A stretch of DNA of 45,063 bases, from positions 1 through 45,063 of the IMG/VR virus record IMGVR_UViG_3300031998_000001; one strand, 5' to 3'. Under the pieces are notes generated by a model. It made no database searches. It had not been told where the DNA came from and was given only the letters and a program-made list of their open reading frames with translations. Both the position numbers and the translations under genes were made by a program. Of this stretch, positions 27,579 to 35,583 are shown in pieces; positions within the stretch are counted from its first letter, which is position 1; every line of letters starts with the position of its first letter. Source of the stretch: a virus. Taxonomy: Duplodnaviria > Heunggongvirae > Uroviricota > Caudoviricetes.

Positions 27579-27625
27579 CTGAAATTACTATTTATTAACT
27601 ATATATTAGTGTCGGAAAGGAAACA
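27570..27625 (+). promoter_or_regulatory. Repeated phage early/middle-type promoter motif T(n)CTGAAAT-N3-TATTTATTAACTATATATT
   Basis: Near-identical to 30499-30534 and 44354-44408. Confidence 0.7.
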
Positions 27626-27640
27626 TTAAACTTGAAAGTG

Positions 27641-27967
27641 ATGAAACAAGAAACCTACGAGCAAGCCCGACACACGCTTGGGCTGTTTTATTCGGACGCT
27701 TCAACGCCAGCCGATGTAACCGAGAGATATATGAAGTCGTTGCCCCTCTACGAAAGGCACAGGATTGCGATAGGGCTTCTACGGCATATCGTGGCGCACG
27801 AGGGCATAGCGGAGATACCGAAGGACTTGCACACCTGCTTTGCGTGCTGCATAGACTCGTTGAACTTCCTCGTGGCGAACAAGACAGTGCCCGAATGTGA
27901 ACTCGCCTCCCTTTCGGAGTGTGTTGCTGTCGGCAAGGATATGCTCGGCAAGGTCAAAATAATATAG
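27641..27967 (+). CDS. Hypothetical protein
   Basis: ORF directly after the promoter motif; ATG 27641. Confidence 0.7.
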   Translation: MKQETYEQARHTLGLFYSDASTPADVTERYMKSLPLYERHRIAIGLLRHIVAHEGIAEIPKDLHTCFACCIDSLNFLVANKTVPECELASLSECVAVGKDMLGKVKII

Positions 27968-27971
27968 TGCT

Positions 27972-29321
27972 ATGTTTTGTGAACTTACTGACTTCGGCTT
28001 GCTCGCGGAGATGCAGGCTGAACTGAAGGGGACTACGAAGACTTCCGAGAAGGAAGCCATACTCCTTTCATACAAGGGCAGGTTCTCGCCAGACTTCCTG
28101 AAGAAAGCCTGCGAGTTCCTGTGGGGTGAAACAAAGTTCAAGGTTGCGTCAGCCCGCGTGCTTGAGCGGATAGGCGCGGTCGGGTGCTTCGAGGCTCTGC
28201 CCCTTGACGACAGGGAACTCATAGACCATCTCGAAAGGATACCGAGCGGTAACGGGAACAACAGCGTCCTTGAACTCTGCGTGAGGATATACGGCTCTAT
28301 AAGAGCCTGCGACGAGGGGATAGCCCAGTTGTTCCTCGACATACTCGACAAGGATTTCAGGTGCGGGGTGAACAGGAAGTTGATTGAGAAGGTGTATCCC
28401 GAATTTATGCCGAAAGGCTTTGCCGTTGCGCTCGCCAACAAGTATGCCGATTATAAGGACAAGGTGGATTTTGAAAAGGATGTGTGGTACGGAAGCCGAA
28501 AGTGCGACGGGGTGCGTTGCATTGCGATAAAGCGCAACGGGAGCGTCAGGTTCTACACAAGGCAGGGCAAGGAGATACTCACGCTCGCCATATTGAAGCC
28601 AGTGATTGAAAGCACCTGCATAGACAATGTTGCCTTTGACGGCGAACTCTGCATAGTGGACGGCAACGGCAACGAGGACTTCCAGAGCATAATGAAGGAG
28701 GTCACCCGAAAGAACCACATCATACAGCACCCGTTCTACCAGATGTTCGACTGCATACTGCTTGACGAGTTCGAGAACTGCGCTGGTACGGAACTGCTGG
28801 AGACAAGGCTGGCAAGGCTCAACGATGTGTACTCGAAGTTGTCCGAGAACGCCAAGCGGTATTGCAAGCCGTTGCGCCAGAGAAGGGTTCTTGACGCAAC
28901 CGAACTCGGCAACCGTTTCTCGCAGGCGGTTGGACTCGGCTGGGAGGGGCTTATGATACGCAGGAATGTTCCGTATGAGGGGAAGCGCACAAACAATCTG
29001 TTAAAGGTAAAGGGCTTCAATGATGCCGAATATGTCATCGTTGACTATGCCCTCGGAGATATGCGCTTTGCGGAGGACGGCATCTGGAAGGTGGAGCATT
29101 GCCTCGCCAACATAACGATAGAGCACAGGGGCTGTCGCGTGCAGGTCGGAAGCGGGCTTACAAGGGCTGAACGGAGATACTGGACGGAACATTGCTCGGA
29201 ACTTGTCGGCAAGACGGTCACGGTGAAGTATTTTGCCGAGACGCAGAATCAGGACGGCGGGTATTCGCTCCGTTTCCCGACGATAAAGTGCATATACGAC
29301 GGCAACAAGCGTGAAGTGTAA
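27972..29321 (+). CDS. lig: ATP-dependent DNA ligase
   Basis: RKCDGVR (motif I), FDGEL, WEGLMIR, LLKVK, VGSG, SLRFP. Confidence 0.95.
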   Translation: MFCELTDFGLLAEMQAELKGTTKTSEKEAILLSYKGRFSPDFLKKACEFLWGETKFKVASARVLERIGAVGCFEALPLDDRELIDHLERIPSGNGNNSVLELCVRIYGSIRACDEGIAQLFLDILDKDFRCGVNRKLIEKVYPEFMPKGFAVALANKYADYKDKVDFEKDVWYGSRKCDGVRCIAIKRNGSVRFYTRQGKEILTLAILKPVIESTCIDNVAFDGELCIVDGNGNEDFQSIMKEVTRKNHIIQHPFYQMFDCILLDEFENCAGTELLETRLARLNDVYSKLSENAKRYCKPLRQRRVLDATELGNRFSQAVGLGWEGLMIRRNVPYEGKRTNNLLKVKGFNDAEYVIVDYALGDMRFAEDGIWKVEHCLANITIEHRGCRVQVGSGLTRAERRYWTEHCSELVGKTVTVKYFAETQNQDGGYSLRFPTIKCIYDGNKREV

Positions 29322-29631
29322 CCAATATGGATTTATTATGATAGTTGACAACGATGTTTACAAGTTCCGCCTCTATCCGAAGGTGGACTATCTGGAAGTG
29401 AGCGTCTATACAAGACCAGACGCAATCCCCTCCACGCTCGACAAGGAAAAAGTTGTGAAGAACAGGTACTTCACGGAGGAGAGGCTCGAAGGCTTGAAAG
29501 CCGAACTTATACGGCAGATAAGCGAGTTGCCCGCAAAGGAACTCTTCGCCATTTTGTGCGTGGATTTGGACGGGGGCTATAATATAACGGAAGAACAGAT
29601 TTTTGAAATACAGGACGATGAAAAGAAATAG
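29311..29631 (+). CDS. Hypothetical protein (alternative start ATG 29338)
   Basis: ORF fills the gap between ligase and the next gene. Confidence 0.65.
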   Translation: MKCNQYGFIMIVDNDVYKFRLYPKVDYLEVSVYTRPDAIPSTLDKEKVVKNRYFTEERLEGLKAELIRQISELPAKELFAILCVDLDGGYNITEEQIFEIQDDEKK

Positions 29632-30493
29632 GTTTAGGAGATGGCTTCAGCGCAAGGCGTTGGAGTTCATCGTGAAGTGCGAGAGCGATTCGCGCTATGT
29701 TGCCCACTATAAGAACGAGCGCAGGATTGCGAGGGCAAGGTATAAGAACGACAGGGATGAGTGGGACGACAGGTTCGACGAGATGATGGACGGCGATATA
29801 GTCGAACTTCTTTCGGTGCTTGCGATGCAGGGGGACACGGGGTTCTCGATAGGCATTAAGATGAAGATGCTTCAGACCGCTATGAATTTCGGTCTGTTTT
29901 CCCCGCTTGATTTCAGCGTGTCCGAATGGTCTGACAAACTCTCTCTAACGGATAACATCTGGCAGAATACCCGCTGTCCGAGCGTGTTCAGGGAATATGA
30001 CGAGAAAACGGACGAGTTCATATACACCGACAACGACAGTTTGCGCCTGTGCGAACTTGCCACCCGATATGATATAGGGAGCAATAAGACCGTGATTGGG
30101 TATCCGAGTACCTTCGGCGGAGTTTACATAATGTATGACGAGGATACCCGCGAATATCATATATACAAGGATGTGATAGTCAACCGCGAGACATATATGG
30201 GGCGCAATACCGTAAAGTTGCCGTGCGTTACATTCCTCGACAGCAATGACACCAATAACGACTTCTATTGCCATATTGCGTTGAGGCGACACCTGCCGTC
30301 AAACTTCTTCAAGGACTATGCCCTTGTGGTCAACGAGAATATGGAGAAAGCGTACGCCGATGAACTTGCATATTGCAGGGAGCATAAACTCGGCGAGAAG
30401 TGCGTGGAGGTTATGCACAAGTGCCGAAAGGAAGTCAACAAGATACTCGGTGTAAAGCGTTTCGGAAAGAAGCCGAAGAAAAATTTAAAATAA
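29618..30493 (+). CDS. Hypothetical phage protein
   Basis: Long ORF; ATG 29618; QGDTGFS..WQNTRCPSVF. Confidence 0.75.
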   Translation: MKRNRFRRWLQRKALEFIVKCESDSRYVAHYKNERRIARARYKNDRDEWDDRFDEMMDGDIVELLSVLAMQGDTGFSIGIKMKMLQTAMNFGLFSPLDFSVSEWSDKLSLTDNIWQNTRCPSVFREYDEKTDEFIYTDNDSLRLCELATRYDIGSNKTVIGYPSTFGGVYIMYDEDTREYHIYKDVIVNRETYMGRNTVKLPCVTFLDSNDTNNDFYCHIALRRHLPSNFFKDYALVVNENMEKAYADELAYCREHKLGEKCVEVMHKCRKEVNKILGVKRFGKKPKKNLK

Positions 30494-30498
30494 TTGGG

Positions 30499-30534
30499 TT
30501 TTTTTCTGAAATTGTTATTTATTAACTATATATT
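30499..30534 (+). promoter_or_regulatory. Repeated phage early/middle-type promoter motif
   Basis: TTTTTTTCTGAAATTGTTATTTATTAACTATATATT; small hairpin follows at 30544-30568. Confidence 0.7.
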
Positions 30535-30613
30535 GCATTTGACAGCCTTTCGGCAACGGAGGTTTTTTGGAAGTGATAGTTAACATATTTTTTAATTAAA
30601 TAATTATTTAATA

Positions 30614-31450
30614 ATGAGAGAAATAAAGATTTCAAAATGTAACAAGGCTCTGTTGAGCAATCTTACAAAGCAGATGTACACCGTTGACAAGTTCCTCACA
30701 TTGAGGATTGACGGTGATGAGACTTCCGCACTCGGATATTTTCCGTCGCACGATGTCGTGAAGGTCTATGGCGTGAGCAACGAAAAGTTCTTCGAGGGCA
30801 TTGATGCCCACGACAAGCCGATAAGGGTGAGCCTCCAGAACGGTCTTGACATCCTTCAGGTGCTGAAGAACTATCCGGGCGACACGGTTGACATCATACT
30901 CAATGTCTATGACGACAACCCAGAAGCCGAAGAACTCTACACAGCCAAGATTGTTTTCCGCTACGAGACGGAGGACGACAATATGGAGGTTGAACTCGTG
31001 TGCGCTGAAAAGAGTTTCAGCGACAAGGTTGTTGACCCGCTTTCACAGCAGGTTCTCGCAAGGCTTTTCGACACGACCAACAGGACTTGCTCGTTCGAGA
31101 TTAGCACCGACAGGATGTCGAGGATTAAGTCGTTCTCGGACATCGACAAGACCAACCGCGCATTCGGCTACACCGTAAACCAGAGCGGTGATGTCTTTAT
31201 CGTCGAGAAACGCCTCTATGACGACAGCGCGGACGAGAACAACATATACAAGGTTTTCCTTGCGAAGTATGCTGGCGAGGTCAGCGAAACGCATACCTAT
31301 ATGTGCAACAAGAACATCTTCGGCACTATGCGCGACAACAACTGGAATGTTGACATCTGCGCATCGGACAGCAAGGTAATCTACAAGTACGCCAGCGAGG
31401 AGAGCGGGGAGAAAATATCAATCATCGGTGTAATCAACGATACTCTCTAA
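30614..31450 (+). CDS. Hypothetical protein, possible DNA sliding clamp (gp45/PCNA-like)
   Basis: 278 aa acidic protein with a two-lobed alpha/beta pattern in a replication gene context; no diagnostic motif. Confidence 0.35.
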   Translation: MREIKISKCNKALLSNLTKQMYTVDKFLTLRIDGDETSALGYFPSHDVVKVYGVSNEKFFEGIDAHDKPIRVSLQNGLDILQVLKNYPGDTVDIILNVYDDNPEAEELYTAKIVFRYETEDDNMEVELVCAEKSFSDKVVDPLSQQVLARLFDTTNRTCSFEISTDRMSRIKSFSDIDKTNRAFGYTVNQSGDVFIVEKRLYDDSADENNIYKVFLAKYAGEVSETHTYMCNKNIFGTMRDNNWNVDICASDSKVIYKYASEESGEKISIIGVINDTL

Positions 31451-31455
31451 TACAG

Positions 31456-31722
31456 GTGGAGGCACTCAACAACTATATCGTGGTAAGGAAGGACGGGGCG
31501 GAGAAGTCCGCCTCGCCCTTGATAATGCTCCCGCCTTCGGACGCGACTGCACCGCCCTTTACGGGTGTCATTGAAAGCGTAGGTTCGGAGGTGAAGGGCG
31601 ACTATAAGGTCGGGGACAGGATTGCGTACTGCGACCTGTGCTCGCCCTACATACTTGACGACGAGAAGGGGACGGTGCTTATCATTACGGAGGACGATAT
31701 TGTGGCGAAGTTAAACGAATAA
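31456..31722 (+). CDS. groES: GroES-like co-chaperonin
   Basis: ALNNYIVV, GVIESVGSEV..YKVGDRI, LIITEDDIVAKL; 88 aa. Confidence 0.8.
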   Translation: MEALNNYIVVRKDGAEKSASPLIMLPPSDATAPPFTGVIESVGSEVKGDYKVGDRIAYCDLCSPYILDDEKGTVLIITEDDIVAKLNE

Positions 31723-31741
31723 TAATAAAAAATCATATTTT

Positions 31742-32215
31742 ATGGGATACGAAGAAGCAAGGGAATTGTTCAGGGACGGTAACTTGAACGAGGTGGTAAG
31801 GAAAAGGATATACGAACTTGACACCAATTTTAGTGATGTCTATGACCGTATGAACGATATAGACAAGGAACTTACCGAAAGCATTTCGCAAACATACGAC
31901 ACGCTCAACAGGAGGATTGACCTGCTTGAAGACGATATGCGCGAGGAACTTCAGGGCGAACTCGCTGGCTTGCGCGAGGAAATCGAGGCACTTCGTGGCA
32001 ATATGAAGGAGGTCAACGACGGGATAAGCGAGAACATTGACAGCCTCCGCGAAGACCTGACTACCGACATTGAAAATGCAAATGAGCGCATAGACGATGT
32101 TGACGACCGCATTGACGAGGTTGACGAGCAGGTGAGGGGCGATATGGACAAGCGCATTGACGAGATGGAGAGCAAGTTTGCGAAGTCGGACAAGAAGGGC
32201 AAGGAGGACAAGTAA
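31742..32215 (+). CDS. Acidic coiled-coil protein
   Basis: Amphipathic helical repeats throughout. Confidence 0.75.
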   Translation: MGYEEARELFRDGNLNEVVRKRIYELDTNFSDVYDRMNDIDKELTESISQTYDTLNRRIDLLEDDMREELQGELAGLREEIEALRGNMKEVNDGISENIDSLREDLTTDIENANERIDDVDDRIDEVDEQVRGDMDKRIDEMESKFAKSDKKGKEDK

Positions 32216-32841
32216 TGAGGACAATAAAGCCAAGCGTGGTCATCGAGAGCAATGTCGATGGCGACTACATACTGGGGCAGATTGAGAAGGCTGGTCGCAC
32301 GGCGTACAAGAGCGAGGACAAGATTACGGGCGACTCGGCTCGCGGTTTCGTCGATATGATACGCAAGCGCGGACACCTGTCCGTATTGGAACATCAGAGC
32401 GTTACCGTGCGCGTAATCTGCGACAGGGGCGTAACGCACGAGATAGTGCGCCACCGCCTTGCTGCCTACACGCAGGAATCTACACGCTACTGCAACTACT
32501 CGAAGGGAAAGTTCGGGGGCGAGATAACGGTGATAGACCCTATCTTCTTCTCCCACGACAGCGAGAAGTACAGGGTGTGGAAGGACACGATAGCAAAGAT
32601 AGAGGAGGCGTATAACAAGTTAATTGAACTCGGTGCTACTCCGCAGGAGGCAAGAAGCGTGTTGCCGAACTCCCTCAAGACCGAAATCGTTATGACGATG
32701 AACCTGCGAGAATGGAGGCATTTCTTCACCCTCCGCACATCGGCTGCCGCGCACCCGCAGATGAGGGAGATTGCAGTGCCGTTGCTCGAAGAGTTCAAGA
32801 GACTGATACCAGTTGTTTTTGATGATATTGAAGTTAGTTAA
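32215..32841 (+). CDS. thyX: Flavin-dependent thymidylate synthase
   Basis: GHLSVLEH, THEIVRHRLAAYTQESTRY, EARSVLPN, NLREWRHFFTLR. Confidence 0.97.
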   Translation: MRTIKPSVVIESNVDGDYILGQIEKAGRTAYKSEDKITGDSARGFVDMIRKRGHLSVLEHQSVTVRVICDRGVTHEIVRHRLAAYTQESTRYCNYSKGKFGGEITVIDPIFFSHDSEKYRVWKDTIAKIEEAYNKLIELGATPQEARSVLPNSLKTEIVMTMNLREWRHFFTLRTSAAAHPQMREIAVPLLEEFKRLIPVVFDDIEVS

Positions 32842-32868
32842 GTTAATGTTAGTTAAGAAGTAAATTTT

Positions 32869-33840
32869 ATGGCAAAGGAAAAAGGTACATTTAGCATCGC
32901 CGACCTTAATTCGGCAATGAACAAGAACTCCAAGTTCGGCGGGTTGCTCGCCAACGGCGGAGGTGTAAGCAAGATTACGGAATATATCCCTACGGGGAAC
33001 TATATGCTCAACGCCTGCGTGAGCGGGGACATAATGAAGGGCATACCGAACAACCGTTCGATATGTATTTCGGGCGAAAGCGGTGTGGGCAAGACCTACC
33101 TGATACTCAATATGTGCCGTGAGGCGCAGAAGAAGGGATACTTCGTGGTGTTCTATGACAGCGAGAACGCGGTTGACGAGGAACTGGCTTCGGGCTTCGG
33201 CATAGACCTCAATATGTTCCGCTATGAACCCGTGCAGACGGTTCAGGAGTTCAGGAGCAATGTGACGCAGTTCGTTGATTTGCTTATTGAACAAAAGGAG
33301 GCGGGGAACGAAATCCCGAAGGTGTTTATCGCGCTTGACAGTGCTGGCAACCTCGCCACGCAGAAGGAGATTGACGATGCAAAGACGCTCTCCGACAAGT
33401 CCGATATGAGCCGTGCGAAGGTTATGAAGTCCATATTCCGTATCCTTATGTCGAAACTCGGTGTCATCGGTGCAAGTTTCGTTTTCTCGAACCATATCTA
33501 CAAGACGCTCGACCTGTACGCCTCCAATGTCCAGTCGGGCGGTTGTCTTGTGCCCGGAAGCAAGGTTCTTATGTCCGATGGAAGTTACAAGAGCATCGAG
33601 GACATTAAGATTGGCGATGAGGTTATGACGCTTCAAGGCGGAAAGGAGATTTTACAGACTTGGGAGTTTGAAAAGCCGACAATCACGGTTGAGTTTGAAG
33701 ACGGAAGCGTTGTTGAATGTTCGGCAGACCATCGTTTCTATATCGGTGGCGAAAGCGATGATGTTAATGACGACATTAACTGGGTGTATGCCCGTGATTT
33801 AGTCGCTGGTGATGAAATCAAGTGCGCTGTAAATAATTAA
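32869..33840 (+). CDS. uvsX: RecA/UvsX recombinase N-terminal part fused to split intein N-fragment
   Basis: GESGVGKT, FYDSENA, IALDSAGNL; then SGG|CLVPGSKVLMSDG..CSADHRF..ARDLVAGDEI. Confidence 0.92.
   Translation: MAKEKGTFSIADLNSAMNKNSKFGGLLANGGGVSKITEYIPTGNYMLNACVSGDIMKGIPNNRSICISGESGVGKTYLILNMCREAQKKGYFVVFYDSENAVDEELASGFGIDLNMFRYEPVQTVQEFRSNVTQFVDLLIEQKEAGNEIPKVFIALDSAGNLATQKEIDDAKTLSDKSDMSRAKVMKSIFRILMSKLGVIGASFVFSNHIYKTLDLYASNVQSGGCLVPGSKVLMSDGSYKSIEDIKIGDEVMTLQGGKEILQTWEFEKPTITVEFEDGSVVECSADHRFYIGGESDDVNDDINWVYARDLVAGDEIKCAVNN
33544..33837 (+). mobile_element. Split intein N-fragment (98 aa)
   Basis: Block A CLVPGSKVLMSDG, block B CSADHRF, followed by a stop codon. Confidence 0.9.
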
Positions 33841-33846
33841 CCTCCC

Positions 33847-33900
33847 CATTGTACTTTTTAAATTTATAAATAATTTATAATAGATTTAAAGAGTACAATG
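33847..33900 (+). promoter_or_regulatory. Hairpin sequestering the endonuclease start codon, with late promoter TATAAATA (33865-33872) at its apex
   Basis: CATTGTACTTTTTAAAT pairs with ATTTAAAGAGTACAATG; inner TATAAA/TTTATA. Confidence 0.85.
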
Positions 33901-34908
33901 TTTTATGACACGATAACCGACATAGACAAGTTCAAGGAATGGCTGTTAAGTTCTTTTTCCAAGGTTAATATCAATAACGACAAGATGGTAGAGGAATTAT
34001 ATGATATTTTTAAATGCTCCCAGACCAAAGATATGAGGGGTATTTATGATAAGATTTCCGCTTATTTCAAGAACAAGCGGGGCGGTAGGCGCGGTTCTAT
34101 CATTTCCATCGACTATTGGAAATCTTTGGGATGGGAAGACACGAGTGAAATCAAAGTCATAATATCGAAAATCCAGCAGGAGAGAAGCCCTCGAAACATA
34201 TCTTATTATACCAAGCGCGGGTACAGCGAAGCGGAAGCCAGAGATAAGGTAGCCAAATTGCAGGGAGAATATTCGATGCGCGGTTATGCGAACCGCACGA
34301 AGGACGAGATAAGAAGGCGTAGCGTATGGAGCGTACAGCATTGGCTGGACAAGGGGTATAGCGAAGAAGAAGCCGTTGCTGAAATGCGCAAGCGCAACGG
34401 TGCTTGCAGGGAGTGCTATTCTTCCGATGCCGAGTATGGCAAGAAGATGGACTTATTGTCCCAGAAGGCAAAGGAACGCTATAATAGAAACCCAGAAAAA
34501 TTCTGGCGTGAAAGACCTAACTTTTCATCAAAGGAAGAGTCTGACTTTTTCAACAAGTTGTCTGCGTGCATATACGGGGTGAAATACCTCCATTGTGGCG
34601 TGAATGTCCAGAATACAATACTGGAGAGCGAGTATGGCAAGCAGTATGTGTTGAGTGACGGGTGCATATCGCTGGATGACGGTCTGGTACTACTTGAATA
34701 TGACGGTGACTACTGGCACGATGCCGAATATGATTTGATACGGGACAATGCTATATTTGAAGTTAGAAAAGATATTGTCGGTATAATTCGTATCAATGAC
34801 AAGTTTGTAAGAAATAATAGTTTTGATGTAATTAAAAAGGAATTTGAATATGCGATTGAAGACATTAAAGGTAAAAAGTGTAAAAGAAAACTCATCTACG
34901 AAAGTTAA
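33898..34908 (+). CDS. Free-standing putative homing endonuclease (C-terminal Vsr/PD-(D/E)xK-like domain)
   Basis: SSKEE..F, LSDG, LLEYDGDYWH; N-terminal Y/W..GYSE.EA repeats; AT-rich; sits between the intein halves. Confidence 0.75.
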   Translation: MFYDTITDIDKFKEWLLSSFSKVNINNDKMVEELYDIFKCSQTKDMRGIYDKISAYFKNKRGGRRGSIISIDYWKSLGWEDTSEIKVIISKIQQERSPRNISYYTKRGYSEAEARDKVAKLQGEYSMRGYANRTKDEIRRRSVWSVQHWLDKGYSEEEAVAEMRKRNGACRECYSSDAEYGKKMDLLSQKAKERYNRNPEKFWRERPNFSSKEESDFFNKLSACIYGVKYLHCGVNVQNTILESEYGKQYVLSDGCISLDDGLVLLEYDGDYWHDAEYDLIRDNAIFEVRKDIVGIIRINDKFVRNNSFDVIKKEFEYAIEDIKGKKCKRKLIYES

Positions 34909-34969
34909 CGACTTGACTGTCGCCGATGTTCAGCATTACATAACGGACAACGGGGCAATAAACCATAAT
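34850..34969 (+). mobile_element. Split intein C-fragment
   Basis: Block F VNDLTV, block G HN followed by Ser +1. Confidence 0.9.
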
Positions 34970-35476
34970 AGCGGAATAGTGTACGGCGCATCTATAATTC
35001 TCAATCTTTCAAAGGCTAAATTGAAAGAGAGCGACGGCACGCAGTCGGGTATCGTTGTTACCGCGAAGCCAGAGAAAAACCGTTTCTGCAAGCCGACCGT
35101 CGTGAAGTTCCATATCAGTTACAATCACGGTATGAACCCGTATGTCGGGCTTGAGGAATATATGTCGTGGGATGCCTGCGGGGTGGAGCGCGGCAAGTTC
35201 ATTACGGACAAGGAATACGCAAAACTCGGCGAGGCGGACAGGAAGAACGCCCGCCAGCACCCGCTTGACGAGAAGGTGTATATGCTTCCCTCCCCGACAG
35301 GCAGGGGCATTTGCACGAAGCACTCGACTACGGCATTTCCTTTGAAGGAGATATTCTCGAAGAGCGTATGGACGGACGAGCGTCTTTCTGAACTCTCGAA
35401 GTTCATCAAGCCGATATTCGAGTATTCAAAGCACTCCGACGAGGAGATTGAGGATATACTCAACGAAGAGGAATAG
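34850..35476 (+). CDS. uvsX: Split intein C-fragment (40 aa) fused to RecA/UvsX C-terminal part
   Basis: VNDLTVADVQHYITDNGAINHN|SGIVYGASIILNLSK..KNRF..GMNPYVGL. Confidence 0.92.
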   Translation: MRLKTLKVKSVKENSSTKVNDLTVADVQHYITDNGAINHNSGIVYGASIILNLSKAKLKESDGTQSGIVVTAKPEKNRFCKPTVVKFHISYNHGMNPYVGLEEYMSWDACGVERGKFITDKEYAKLGEADRKNARQHPLDEKVYMLPSPTGRGICTKHSTTAFPLKEIFSKSVWTDERLSELSKFIKPIFEYSKHSDEEIEDILNEEE

Positions 35477-35502
35477 TTTTAATTGTTTTCTTTCTATGGT
35501 CT

Positions 35503-35535
35503 GCCGTCCGTGTGGTTTCCCGCGCGGACGGCTTT
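35503..35535 (+). terminator. Probable intrinsic terminator
   Basis: GCCGTCCGTGTGG/CCGCGCGGACGGC stem followed by TTT. Confidence 0.65.
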
Positions 35536-35552
35536 GCTATATAATGCTTATA

Positions 35553-35560
35553 TATAAATA
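35553..35560 (+). promoter_or_regulatory. Late promoter TATAAATA
   Basis: Exact consensus upstream of 35584. Confidence 0.75.
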
Positions 35561-35583
35561 ATTTATTACATATATGTTTCCCA

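Noticed and set aside
33841-34908. Group I intron interrupting uvsX
   Set aside because: Both flanks carry intein motifs and the insert is almost entirely ORF, leaving no room for a ribozyme core; protein trans-splicing explains the layout.
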